Below are positions 1 to 8,614 of a DNA stretch of 64,000 nt, piece by piece; positions within the stretch are counted from its first letter, which is position 1, and each line of letters begins with the position of its first letter. This DNA is from a virus, in the IMG/VR virus record IMGVR_UViG_3300008267_000007, positions 1-64,000 of that record. The stretch is one strand, 5' to 3'. Position numbers and translations under genes: made by a program. The notes below the pieces were generated by a model that was not told the DNA's origin, did not search any database, and worked only from the letters and a program-made list of their open reading frames with translations.

Positions 1-6
1 ATCTAC

Positions 7-396
7 TTGGAATGGAAAGAGGATGGAAAGTTAAAAGAAAAGCACGAAAAGCCTCAAATAGGATTCAGTCTTTGGATGAGTCCATTCAATCAGTTTTATA
101 CTTGGCAGACAACTGTTATTACAGAAATCATTGAACAGACACAAACCACTCTGCATTTTAAAACAGAGAACTCAGAATATCACCTAGAACAAATTGAGGA
201 TGATTTTAAAGATCGTTCTGCACAAGAGTTCTTAGAAGAACTAGAAAAAGGTGAAGCTATAACTGTAAAAACTTACTCATTGGATAAACCAAAGAGTACA
301 ATCTGGTTAGAAGAGGCAGATGAAGTTACCTTAACAGACTTAGGATTAGATTCACAAAGCCTACAGGATTTGTTGGATGAGGATAATTTATTATAA
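7..396 (+). CDS. hypothetical protein (may be truncated at window start)
   Basis: ORF track; no motif recognised. Confidence 0.5.
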   Translation: MEWKEDGKLKEKHEKPQIGFSLWMSPFNQFYTWQTTVITEIIEQTQTTLHFKTENSEYHLEQIEDDFKDRSAQEFLEELEKGEAITVKTYSLDKPKSTIWLEEADEVTLTDLGLDSQSLQDLLDEDNLL

Positions 397-420
397 AAAA
401 GTAGGATTCGAACTAAATAG

Positions 421-440
421 TTCGTATATTTAGGTATAAT
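421..440 (+). promoter_or_regulatory. phage early-type promoter motif TTCGTATATTTAGGTATAAT
   Basis: Same motif recurs 36 times in the window upstream of ORFs; followed here by AAAGGTTATG start at 459. Confidence 0.75.
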
Positions 441-458
441 AGTAAAACGATAAAGGTT

Positions 459-719
459 ATGAAAAATCCAAAAGAAAAACAAAAACAACATCTTATTGAT
501 ATGATGAAATCTGACAAAGAGTTAGGATTGTATGAAGCTGCTGAATATAAGTCGCATCACAGTGAAGAAGATTTTATTAGAGGTGCTAAATGGCAACAAG
601 AAAGAAGTTATAGTGAGGAAGAAGTATTAAAACTATTGGTAAAAATGAACGAATGGCCTACTACTTTTAATGGTGAAGAAGAAGTAGAAGAGTGGTTTGA
701 ACAATTTAAAAAGAAATAA
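459..719 (+). CDS. hypothetical protein, GAKWQQERSYSEE family
   Basis: Shares a 41-bp identical block with ORF 36194..36667. Confidence 0.75.
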   Translation: MKNPKEKQKQHLIDMMKSDKELGLYEAAEYKSHHSEEDFIRGAKWQQERSYSEEEVLKLLVKMNEWPTTFNGEEEVEEWFEQFKKK

Positions 720-722
720 GTC

Positions 723-977
723 ATGAAAGCAACACTAAAATTTGATCTAGATAATCCAGACGATGTTACAAATCATTTACGAGCTGTAAAGTCATTAGAC
801 TTAGCTATTGCAATTGATAATATATTAAGTATTAGAAAAAAACTAGAAAGAAGATTTGAGAATACGGACAATACTGATAATGATGTGTTTGACGGAATTG
901 ATGCATATGCAGATGAAGTGTCAAAGATATTAGACGATTGTGGGATTAATATTGATGAGTTATTAAGAAATATCTAA
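723..977 (+). CDS. hypothetical protein
   Basis: ORF track, tight packing. Confidence 0.7.
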   Translation: MKATLKFDLDNPDDVTNHLRAVKSLDLAIAIDNILSIRKKLERRFENTDNTDNDVFDGIDAYADEVSKILDDCGINIDELLRNI

Positions 978-984
978 ATAAGTT

Positions 985-1236
985 ATGATAATAGGAGAAA
1001 TAATGAAATCTTTAGTTGCAGCTCAAGAATACAAAGATCTGAAGCTAGAAAATTTAAAGACTTATTTTGAAAATTTAACAGAAAAAGCTAAAGACGTAGA
1101 GAAGCTTGAACCAAAAGGGTGTTATAGTGAGGAAGATTTAAAATATGCTTATGAGCAAGGAAAATTATATTCACACATATGTTATAGTAGAACCTTTGAA
1201 AATGTACTTGAAATTATAAAAATTAAAAAAAAATAA
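985..1236 (+). CDS. hypothetical protein (N-terminus paralogous to 36877..37068)
   Basis: MIIGEIMKSLVAAQEY vs MTVGEIMQALIMAEDY. Confidence 0.7.
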   Translation: MIIGEIMKSLVAAQEYKDLKLENLKTYFENLTEKAKDVEKLEPKGCYSEEDLKYAYEQGKLYSHICYSRTFENVLEIIKIKKK

Positions 1237-1239
1237 GTT

Positions 1240-1452
1240 ATGGGAAAAGGAAAAGGAATGGGATTATATCAAATAATTGATTTGGAAATCTCACAAACAT
1301 TAGGAGTAGACGTAGAGGATTATATCAGAATAATTGACCACAAATGTACTGAGGATGAAGCTAATTTTATTATCTTTACAATTCTAGACAACGTCACAGA
1401 GGATATGGAAGAAGCCAAAAGAATTTTTAACTCATACTTGAAAGATGAATAG
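1240..1452 (+). CDS. hypothetical protein
   Basis: ORF track. Confidence 0.65.
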   Translation: MGKGKGMGLYQIIDLEISQTLGVDVEDYIRIIDHKCTEDEANFIIFTILDNVTEDMEEAKRIFNSYLKDE

Positions 1453-1915
1453 TGAAGACAAAAAACAATTAAAGCAATATCCAAAACTAGGATTGCTTAA
1501 TTTTGAAGGAGATGTAATCAGAGCTTACAAAGTCAACAGCAACAAGTACATCATAATGGATGGACATGGAGAGTTTATTGGTGAGTACCGTTTCTGGGAA
1601 CTACGTAACTTCCTAACAGGACATTCAGACATTACAATCTCAGATGGTAAGACTTACAACTACTTAAAGGAACATCCAGAGGCAAGACCAAAGCCACAAA
1701 AACTAGAGGAGTTCTTAGGAGAGATGTACCAAGCCTTTCTAAGAACAGACCAGTACGTAATTGTGGATCTTAGAAACATGGACTTTATGAAAGATAAAAG
1801 TGGAAACATAAGCTACTACGACACAGAAGAAGAGGCCTCAGAAATTTGTGGGATGTATGAATTTGAAAATGCTTGGGTAATGAAATTAATTTATAATCAT
1901 ATTGAACGTGAATAA
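1445..1915 (+). CDS. hypothetical protein
   Basis: ORF track, overlaps neighbours. Confidence 0.65.
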   Translation: MNSEDKKQLKQYPKLGLLNFEGDVIRAYKVNSNKYIIMDGHGEFIGEYRFWELRNFLTGHSDITISDGKTYNYLKEHPEARPKPQKLEEFLGEMYQAFLRTDQYVIVDLRNMDFMKDKSGNISYYDTEEEASEICGMYEFENAWVMKLIYNHIERE

Positions 1916-2732
1916 AATTATTGAGATATTTAAACAATACAAATGTCAACTGAGTTGGATATATCTTTTTATGTTATTAGCGGAGTTGTCAATTCTACTA
2001 ACACCTTTCTTGCTTGGAAAAAGTATTGACGGATTAATTAGTGGTAGTTGGTTCTGGACCATACTTTTAGGTATCTCATACTTCCTATCTAATTTTTTTA
2101 ATTATAAGCGAATGGTGTATGATACAAAAGTTTATACAAAAATTTATAATGACATATCATTAAACTTTCTTAGAAAAAATGATGTTGATGTTTCTACTAA
2201 AATAGCAAGAACTGATATGGCATATGACGTAGTCCATGTTCTGGAAGGGTATGTACACTACTATATAGCAACAATCATAACCATACTAGGCTCCATTACA
2301 TTTATCTACTCAGAAAACTGGAGAGTTGGATTATTAGTTAGTATTGCAGTTATCTTTATTATTGGAACGGTTTTTATATACTACAAAAAAATAAGACAAG
2401 GTATAAATGTAAGAAACAATCACTACGAGAAAAAAGTAAAATCTATTGAAGATGGATACAAACATTCGGAATCCTTTTTTAACAGAAAACGAAAAATAGA
2501 GATTTATGAATCAACGGTACAAGGTAAGAATTGGTTTTTAGTTGGTACCGTTAAGAATATATTTTTACTTTTATCAATAATACTTCTAGTAACAACAACA
2601 GAAAATATTACAATAGGTAGTGTAGTAACTGTTTATTCCTATGTAAATAACTTTCTAATCTCATTACTATCAGCACCAGTTGCTATTGAAATGTTTTTGA
2701 GGATTAGTGATATCTTAAAAAGATTAGATTAG
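1908..2732 (+). CDS. ABC exporter-type six-transmembrane domain protein (no ATPase)
   Basis: About six hydrophobic segments; PFLLGKSIDGL N-terminal motif and TIGSVVTVYSYV C-terminal motif typical of ABC exporter TMDs; GTG start assumed. Confidence 0.7.
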   Translation: MNKIIEIFKQYKCQLSWIYLFMLLAELSILLTPFLLGKSIDGLISGSWFWTILLGISYFLSNFFNYKRMVYDTKVYTKIYNDISLNFLRKNDVDVSTKIARTDMAYDVVHVLEGYVHYYIATIITILGSITFIYSENWRVGLLVSIAVIFIIGTVFIYYKKIRQGINVRNNHYEKKVKSIEDGYKHSESFFNRKRKIEIYESTVQGKNWFLVGTVKNIFLLLSIILLVTTTENITIGSVVTVYSYVNNFLISLLSAPVAIEMFLRISDILKRLD

Positions 2733-2753
2733 AACCAAATTATAAAAATAGAT

Positions 2754-3929
2754 ATGAATAAATTAGACAAAGCATATACAGACCTACTTCAAGACATCCT
2801 TGATAATGGTAGTACTAAAGGTGACCGTACTGGTACAGGAACTCTCTCAGTATTCGGAAGACAGATACGACATAATATGAAAGATGGGTTTCCACTTCTT
2901 ACAACAAAGAAGATGCCATTCAAAACAATCGTAACTGAATTGTTGTGGTTCTTACGAGGTGATACAAATATTAAGTATTTGGTTGATAATAATTGTCATA
3001 TCTGGGATGGTGATGCTTATATGAATTACCGTATGAATGTTCAAGAGTATGAAAAATTACCTAATGATAATGATGTTAAAAGTATGAAAATGATATTGGA
3101 TTCTCAAGGTAATTCTCACCCTTCATCAGTACCTTTTAATCAAGAAGAATTCATCAACAAAATAAAAACAGATGATAAGTTTGCTAAGAAGTTTGGGGAG
3201 TTAGGTCCAATTTATGGTAGCCAATGGAGAAGTTGGGAATACCATGAAGGTTATGGAGATATGGGACAGATAGACCAAATCGCAAACCTAATCAACGACC
3301 TTAACACAAATCCCAACTCAAGACGATTGATGGTGAATGCGTGGAATCCAGCGGATTTACAAGATATGGTTTTGCCACCTTGTCATTATGGATTTCAAGT
3401 CTATACAAGAGAGTTGAGTTTGGAGGAAAGGGAAGAGTTGTATAGAGCACATTGTATGAAACATTTTTGGGCAATAAAATTAAACCAAACTAATGAGGTA
3501 CATTATGAAAGAGCAAACATCCCAACCAGAGCAATCTCGTTAATGTGGAATCAACGTTCAGTAGATACATTCTTAGGTTTGCCATTTAACATCGCTTCTT
3601 ATGGATTGTTATTAGAGATAATTGCAAAATCTGTCAATATGATTCCAGATGAATTGATTGGCAACCTTGGAGATGTTCATTTGTATTCAAATCATATCGA
3701 ACAAGCAAAAGAACAAACCGGTAGAGAACCTTTTCCATTACCAAAATTAAACATCAACACAGAGTTTTGGCCAACAGAAGGTGGTTCATGTGGTGAAGGA
3801 CCTATAGATGCTCTAGCAGTATTTAATGGTTTTTTTAATGATGACTTCTGCAAGTGCTTATTAGAAGAAGATATACAGTTAAGTAATTATCAATCACACC
3901 CAACAATAAAAGCACCTTTAAGTAATTAA
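2754..3929 (+). CDS. thyA: thymidylate synthase
   Basis: DRTGTGT, ELLWFLRG, LPPCH catalytic motif, QRSVDTFLGLPFN, GDVHLY. Confidence 0.97.
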   Translation: MNKLDKAYTDLLQDILDNGSTKGDRTGTGTLSVFGRQIRHNMKDGFPLLTTKKMPFKTIVTELLWFLRGDTNIKYLVDNNCHIWDGDAYMNYRMNVQEYEKLPNDNDVKSMKMILDSQGNSHPSSVPFNQEEFINKIKTDDKFAKKFGELGPIYGSQWRSWEYHEGYGDMGQIDQIANLINDLNTNPNSRRLMVNAWNPADLQDMVLPPCHYGFQVYTRELSLEEREELYRAHCMKHFWAIKLNQTNEVHYERANIPTRAISLMWNQRSVDTFLGLPFNIASYGLLLEIIAKSVNMIPDELIGNLGDVHLYSNHIEQAKEQTGREPFPLPKLNINTEFWPTEGGSCGEGPIDALAVFNGFFNDDFCKCLLEEDIQLSNYQSHPTIKAPLSN

Positions 3930-3931
3930 TT

Positions 3932-4081
3932 ATGTGGGACATCGTAGTAATAAAACAAGACGGAGATAGCTATATCGTAATGACTCCTAATGGAGATGTG
4001 CATAGTATCTCAAAAGAAACTTTTCAAACCTTTGAGAAGGCTGGTAGGGTAAGTTATAACCCTGAACACAGAGAAATATAA
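3932..4081 (+). CDS. small hypothetical protein (49 aa)
   Basis: Read by hand: MWDIVVIKQDGDSY... Confidence 0.5.
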   Translation: MWDIVVIKQDGDSYIVMTPNGDVHSISKETFQTFEKAGRVSYNPEHREI

Positions 4082-4106
4082 ATTAAGTATTTAAAATAAA
4101 ACAAAC

Positions 4107-4277
4107 ATGAAAAAGTACAAACTAATTAAAACCTATCCAGGAAGTCCTAAATTAGGAACAATAGCTGAGGGCATTTACGGAGGAGAGAGTTACAGTTATA
4201 ATGAATACTCAAATGTAAGTAAAGGAGCAATTGAGGATTATCCAGAGTACTGGGAAGAGGTAATTGAAAATAAATAA
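4107..4277 (+). CDS. small hypothetical protein (56 aa)
   Basis: Read by hand: MKKYKLIKTYPGSPKLGT...YPEYWEEV. Confidence 0.6.
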   Translation: MKKYKLIKTYPGSPKLGTIAEGIYGGESYSYNEYSNVSKGAIEDYPEYWEEVIENK

Positions 4278-4336
4278 GAAGATATTAGGAATTCTTAAAA
4301 TTTGATCGTATATTTAAATACACAAATAAAATAATT

Positions 4337-4510
4337 ATGGAAAAATTTAATGAATACCAGGTGTTTAATGACAATAGGAAATATTCTCCTATAATAGATC
4401 ACAGAAAAAAACCTAAGAAACGAATAAACTGGACATTTATTATAGCATGGGCAGTCATAGGTGCAGTAGTATGCTGTCTAGTAAACACTTTATATAACTT
4501 AATAAACTAA
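4337..4510 (+). CDS. small membrane protein (57 aa)
   Basis: Read by hand; C-terminal hydrophobic WTFIIAWAVIGAVVCCLV; promoter-like motif upstream. Confidence 0.55.
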   Translation: MEKFNEYQVFNDNRKYSPIIDHRKKPKKRINWTFIIAWAVIGAVVCCLVNTLYNLIN

Positions 4511-4512
4511 GA

Positions 4513-4974
4513 ATGAAATTTCAATCAACAAAATTATTTGACGGGTACTCTACATGTTTCAGACAGTGGAAAGCAGAAGGTACTCATTGTAAGTTCTTAC
4601 ACGGATACGCTGTATCTTTTAGAGTGTGGTTCGAAGGAGACTTAGATGAAAGAAACTGGATCTTTGACTTTGGAGGAATGAAAAGAGCTACCTCAACTAT
4701 TGATGGCTTTAATCCAAAAGCATACTTCGATTATTTATTAGATCACACAACTATTATTGCTGAGAATGATCCTTACTTGGAAAACTTCAAGCAGATGGAT
4801 AGAGATGGTATTATTCAACTAAGAATACTTCCTACAGTAGGTTGTGAGAGATTTGCAGAATTCTTATATGAAAAGATTAATACATTCTTACTAGAAGAAA
4901 CAAAAGGAAGAGTAAAAGCTACAAAGGTAGAAGTATACGAACATGAAAAGAACTCAGCATCTTATGGAGAGTAA
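4513..4974 (+). CDS. queD: 6-carboxy-5,6,7,8-tetrahydropterin synthase
   Basis: CKFLHGY, IFDFG, LDHT, E-x-x-A motifs of the PTPS/QueD T-fold family. Confidence 0.9.
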   Translation: MKFQSTKLFDGYSTCFRQWKAEGTHCKFLHGYAVSFRVWFEGDLDERNWIFDFGGMKRATSTIDGFNPKAYFDYLLDHTTIIAENDPYLENFKQMDRDGIIQLRILPTVGCERFAEFLYEKINTFLLEETKGRVKATKVEVYEHEKNSASYGE

Positions 4975-5749
4975 ATTAAAAAGAGTAGAAGATTATAACA
5001 AAACACTTCCAATCGTAGAACTATACACTGCAGTTCAATCAGAAGGAAGTAGAGCAGGATATCCTACAGTAGTAATTAGAACTACAGGATGTACTCATAG
5101 ATGTTGGTTCGGAGATGGAGGATGGTGTGATTCTTGGTACACAAGTATTCATCCTGAGAAAGGACATATCAGTTTCCAAGACATTATTAATATGTATGAT
5201 GCAAATCCCCACATCACAGAGATGATGTTAACAGGAGGATCACCTACTATGCATCCAGCATTAGTAAATGAACTAACACATTTCGCACATGATAGAGGAA
5301 TTTTCATTACTATTGAAACCGAAGGGAGTCACTTTTTGGAGACTGATTACCCTATTAACTTACTTAGCATTAGCCCTAAATTTTCTAATTCTGTTCCTAA
5401 AGTTGGGGTTAAAACACCTCAAGGAGACATCGTTGATGAGAAGATGGTTAAGCAACACAACAAGTTTAGATTAAACTTTGAAGCAATGTCTAAGATGATT
5501 TCATATCATTCAGATTACCACCTAAAACCAGTATGGGATGGAGTAGATGAGCAAGCATTACAAGAGATCCTAGGATGCATCAAAGTACTAGACATACCTC
5601 AGGAAAAAGTATGGTTCATGCCAGCAGGAGATTCAAGAGAGGCTTTATTTCAATCTTATCCAAAGTTATTTGATTGGGTAAGAGATAATGGTTACAGATT
5701 AACTTGGAGACCTCACATCATTGCATTTGAAGATCAAAGAGAAGTATAA
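4964..5749 (+). CDS. queE: 7-carboxy-7-deazaguanine synthase (radical SAM)
   Basis: ELYTAVQSEG, RTTGCTHRC...WCDS, LTGGSP, IETEGS, ISPK; adjacent to queD and folE. Confidence 0.9.
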   Translation: MESKLKRVEDYNKTLPIVELYTAVQSEGSRAGYPTVVIRTTGCTHRCWFGDGGWCDSWYTSIHPEKGHISFQDIINMYDANPHITEMMLTGGSPTMHPALVNELTHFAHDRGIFITIETEGSHFLETDYPINLLSISPKFSNSVPKVGVKTPQGDIVDEKMVKQHNKFRLNFEAMSKMISYHSDYHLKPVWDGVDEQALQEILGCIKVLDIPQEKVWFMPAGDSREALFQSYPKLFDWVRDNGYRLTWRPHIIAFEDQREV

Positions 5750-5750
5750 T

Positions 5751-5936
5751 ATGAGAAAAGCAACAAATTTTGAAACATTACATGTCCTGCACTCTTTATG
5801 GAGAGCAGGGCAGGTTGATGTTAATTGGGTTAAGCATATATTATTAACAGTTTGCCAATTACACCTAACATCATTAACAAATGAAGGAATCACAGCTGAG
5901 ACATTTGCTGGAGGATCTAAATATAAATTAAAATAA
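5751..5936 (+). CDS. hypothetical protein
   Basis: ATG right after queE stop. Confidence 0.5.
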   Translation: MRKATNFETLHVLHSLWRAGQVDVNWVKHILLTVCQLHLTSLTNEGITAETFAGGSKYKLK

Positions 5937-5987
5937 ATTTGGATTTCGTAAAAATATTTATTATATTTAAATATAAAATTATTAAAA

Positions 5988-6683
5988 ATGGAGAATAATA
6001 GAAAAAAAACCCACAATGATTTAGAAGTGGTACAAGAAGGTTTTGCTAATGGTGTGGCACCTGGTTTCCCTCTAGATGATAAAGCTAAAACCAAAATGAT
6101 TGAGAAGGCTGCTAAAGCCTATGGTGATTTTTTAACAGCATTAGGTTGTGATTGGAAAAATGACCCAAATAGTGATAATACTCCAATGAGAGTAGCTAAA
6201 GCTTATGTTAATGATTTATGGAAAGGTAGATATACCGCTATGTCTGAAATCACATCATTCCCTTCAGATGGTTATGATGGTATTGTGATCGAAAGAAATA
6301 TTCCTCTTACTTCAATGTGTTCTCACCATCATCAAACAATTGGGGGGGTAGTACATATTGGTTATGTTGTAGGTGAAAATGGTAGAGTAATTGGTTTATC
6401 TAAATTAAATAGAATAGTTGAATTGTTTGGTAGAAGAGGAGCAATTCAAGAGCAATTAACATCTGCTATCCATAATGCTGTAAGTAAAATTTGTGAAAAT
6501 AATAGAGGTGTAATTGTAACTGTAGTAGGTACTCACAATTGTGTTTCTTGTAGAGGAGTTAGACATCAAGGTGCATCCATGATAACAACTAAAGCAGATG
6601 GTGTATTTATGGAAAATGGTAATTTAGCTCGTGAGGAGTTTTTTGATTCAATTAAAATTAATAACGGTAACCACCCAGTATAA
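5988..6683 (+). CDS. folE: GTP cyclohydrolase I
   Basis: TPMRVAK, SMCSHH, IGLSKLNR, IQEQLT, HNCVSCRGV. Confidence 0.96.
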   Translation: MENNRKKTHNDLEVVQEGFANGVAPGFPLDDKAKTKMIEKAAKAYGDFLTALGCDWKNDPNSDNTPMRVAKAYVNDLWKGRYTAMSEITSFPSDGYDGIVIERNIPLTSMCSHHHQTIGGVVHIGYVVGENGRVIGLSKLNRIVELFGRRGAIQEQLTSAIHNAVSKICENNRGVIVTVVGTHNCVSCRGVRHQGASMITTKADGVFMENGNLAREEFFDSIKINNGNHPV

Positions 6684-7081
6684 TGTTTAAAAATTTAGAC
6701 GGAAAACTTTATTTAAGTTGGAGTAATATTCAACAAGCAGTAGACACTATATGTGAAGCTGTACTAGCTTCAGAATTAGAAATAACATCAGTAACTGGGT
6801 TAAAACGCGGCGGGTTAATTCCTGCCGTGATGGTATCACATAAATTAAATTTACCGTGGTCTGACGTAATATTGCCTGGTACTTTAGTAATAGATGACAT
6901 TTGTGACACAGGGGAAACATTAAAAAATATAGCAGAAGGGGTACCAACAGCTGTATTGCATTATAAACCAACAGCTAGTATTCAACCAACATTTTACGCT
7001 AAGGAGGTAGGAGAAGAGTGGATAGTTTATCCTTGGGAAAGAGCAGATTCACAAGCTATCCCAGATTATTTAAGAGTATAA
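6683..7081 (+). CDS. type I purine phosphoribosyltransferase (Gpt-like)
   Basis: RGGLIPA, VIDDICDTGETL PRPP-binding loop, WIVYPWE. Confidence 0.9.
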   Translation: MFKNLDGKLYLSWSNIQQAVDTICEAVLASELEITSVTGLKRGGLIPAVMVSHKLNLPWSDVILPGTLVIDDICDTGETLKNIAEGVPTAVLHYKPTASIQPTFYAKEVGEEWIVYPWERADSQAIPDYLRV

Positions 7082-7083
7082 CA

Positions 7084-7470
7084 ATGGAAAATTTTGACCC
7101 TACCCAACCTTCAGAAGGTTTAGGTGACACTATAGCGAAAATTACTCATTATACTGGAATAAGTAAATTAACAGAGGTTATTACTGATGCTCTGGGTATA
7201 GAAGATTGTGGATGTAATGGAAGAAGAGAAGATTTAAATAATTTGCATCCTTATAGTATTAAACCTAATTCACCACCTGCTTACAATCCAAATGATTACC
7301 CCGAAGCCGAAGTAGGAATATATGAGGTAAAACATCAAATTAGTGCTACTAAGGGAGGGCAAAAATTTGAATTCTCTCCTGGTGATAAAATTTTGATAAA
7401 TGAGAATCATTTATTATATTCAGATTGGCCTTATTATATTATAATAGGAGCTGTTATAAAAACAACCTAA
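7084..7470 (+). CDS. conserved phage hypothetical protein (GLGDTIAK...DCGC motif)
   Basis: ATG at 7084 after PRTase stop. Confidence 0.65.
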   Translation: MENFDPTQPSEGLGDTIAKITHYTGISKLTEVITDALGIEDCGCNGRREDLNNLHPYSIKPNSPPAYNPNDYPEAEVGIYEVKHQISATKGGQKFEFSPGDKILINENHLLYSDWPYYIIIGAVIKTT

Positions 7471-7479
7471 AAACAAGTT

Positions 7480-8094
7480 ATGAATTTATTAGTACAAAAA
7501 CAACAAGAATTAATTAATCTTTTAACAAACCAAGTTGCGGACTTAACTATGATGTCAAAAATCGAGTTAGGAGATGATGTAATTGAAGAACTACAAAAAA
7601 TTAATGGTCAGATAGAGAGCCTTAAAACCTCAGTACCCTTTATTGATGAAGTAGAGATATTTAATGCCACAATGGGTAAACCAAATAACTATGAACCTAC
7701 TATCCCAGACTATAAAGAATGGAAATTTGTATATGACTTCATCCTTGAAGAACTTGAAGAATATAGAGAAGCTTGCGAAGCAGGAGACATCGTTGAAATT
7801 TTGGATGCTTTGTGTGATATTACTTATGTTGCCACTGGGAACGGTGCTATGTTACATGGCCTTAAGGATAAGATATGGCCAGCATATCAAGAAGTACAAG
7901 CTTCAAATATGTCAAAAGCTTGCAGAAATGAAGAAGAAGCTAAAGCTACTGTCATTAAGAGAAGCGTCGAGCAAAATGAAAAATGCCATTACGAAAAAGT
8001 TGGAGACTATTATATCGTCTATAGAAGCCGAGATAAGAAAGTAATGAAGAATGTAAACTACTTTAAACCAAATCTAAAACAATTTTTTAATTAA
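7480..8094 (+). CDS. MazG-like / PRA-PH all-alpha NTP pyrophosphohydrolase
   Basis: EELEEY...EILDALCDITYV...SNMSK...KVMK pattern. Confidence 0.85.
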   Translation: MNLLVQKQQELINLLTNQVADLTMMSKIELGDDVIEELQKINGQIESLKTSVPFIDEVEIFNATMGKPNNYEPTIPDYKEWKFVYDFILEELEEYREACEAGDIVEILDALCDITYVATGNGAMLHGLKDKIWPAYQEVQASNMSKACRNEEEAKATVIKRSVEQNEKCHYEKVGDYYIVYRSRDKKVMKNVNYFKPNLKQFFN

Positions 8095-8105
8095 AAACAG
8101 ATAAT

Positions 8106-8474
8106 ATGGAAACTATTATATTACTAATTGTAACTACAATATTCGTATCAGTACTCGTTGCATACTTCCTAACAAGACAAGAGGATATACAAGAGGAATC
8201 TCCCCTACAAAAGGTATTGAACAAGTCAATGGAAAAATCGGCAAAAGACATTAAGGTAAAGGATGCAGTAGTGGTAAAACCCAGAGTAACCAAGGTTAAT
8301 GCCTCACCCGAGCTACTACAGCTTATAGAGCATTCCAACGAACTCGCCAAGGAGCTAGAGAACATTCCTACAGAAGACCTCGTAGCCTACGCAGCCAATA
8401 TAAGCACGCAAGGCAGAGAACCGGTAAAGTCTGTTAAAAAAAGAAAGTACTATCCTAAGGCACCTAAAAAGTAA
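8106..8474 (+). CDS. membrane-anchored hypothetical protein
   Basis: N-terminal hydrophobic helix, basic tail. Confidence 0.65.
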   Translation: METIILLIVTTIFVSVLVAYFLTRQEDIQEESPLQKVLNKSMEKSAKDIKVKDAVVVKPRVTKVNASPELLQLIEHSNELAKELENIPTEDLVAYAANISTQGREPVKSVKKRKYYPKAPKK

Positions 8475-8502
8475 ATACTTCTTTAGTTACGTTATTTCAA
8501 TT

Positions 8503-8536
8503 GCACTAACACCTAATCACTGTTAGTGCTTTTGTT
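8503..8536 (+). terminator. intrinsic terminator candidate
   Basis: GCACTAACA-N9-TGTTAGTGC followed by TTTTGTT. Confidence 0.6.
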
Positions 8537-8614
8537 ATCTTGTAACAATTATTACGAATTTATTTGGAATCTCAACTAAAATAACGTATATTATACAATA
8601 AAAAGGTTTATAAA

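Noticed and set aside
8501-8531. CIRCE (HrcA) operator, given the phage groESL
   Set aside because: GCACTAACA-N9-TGTTAGTGC does not match TTAGCACTC-N9-GAGTGCTAA and is not upstream of groES; it fits a terminator better.
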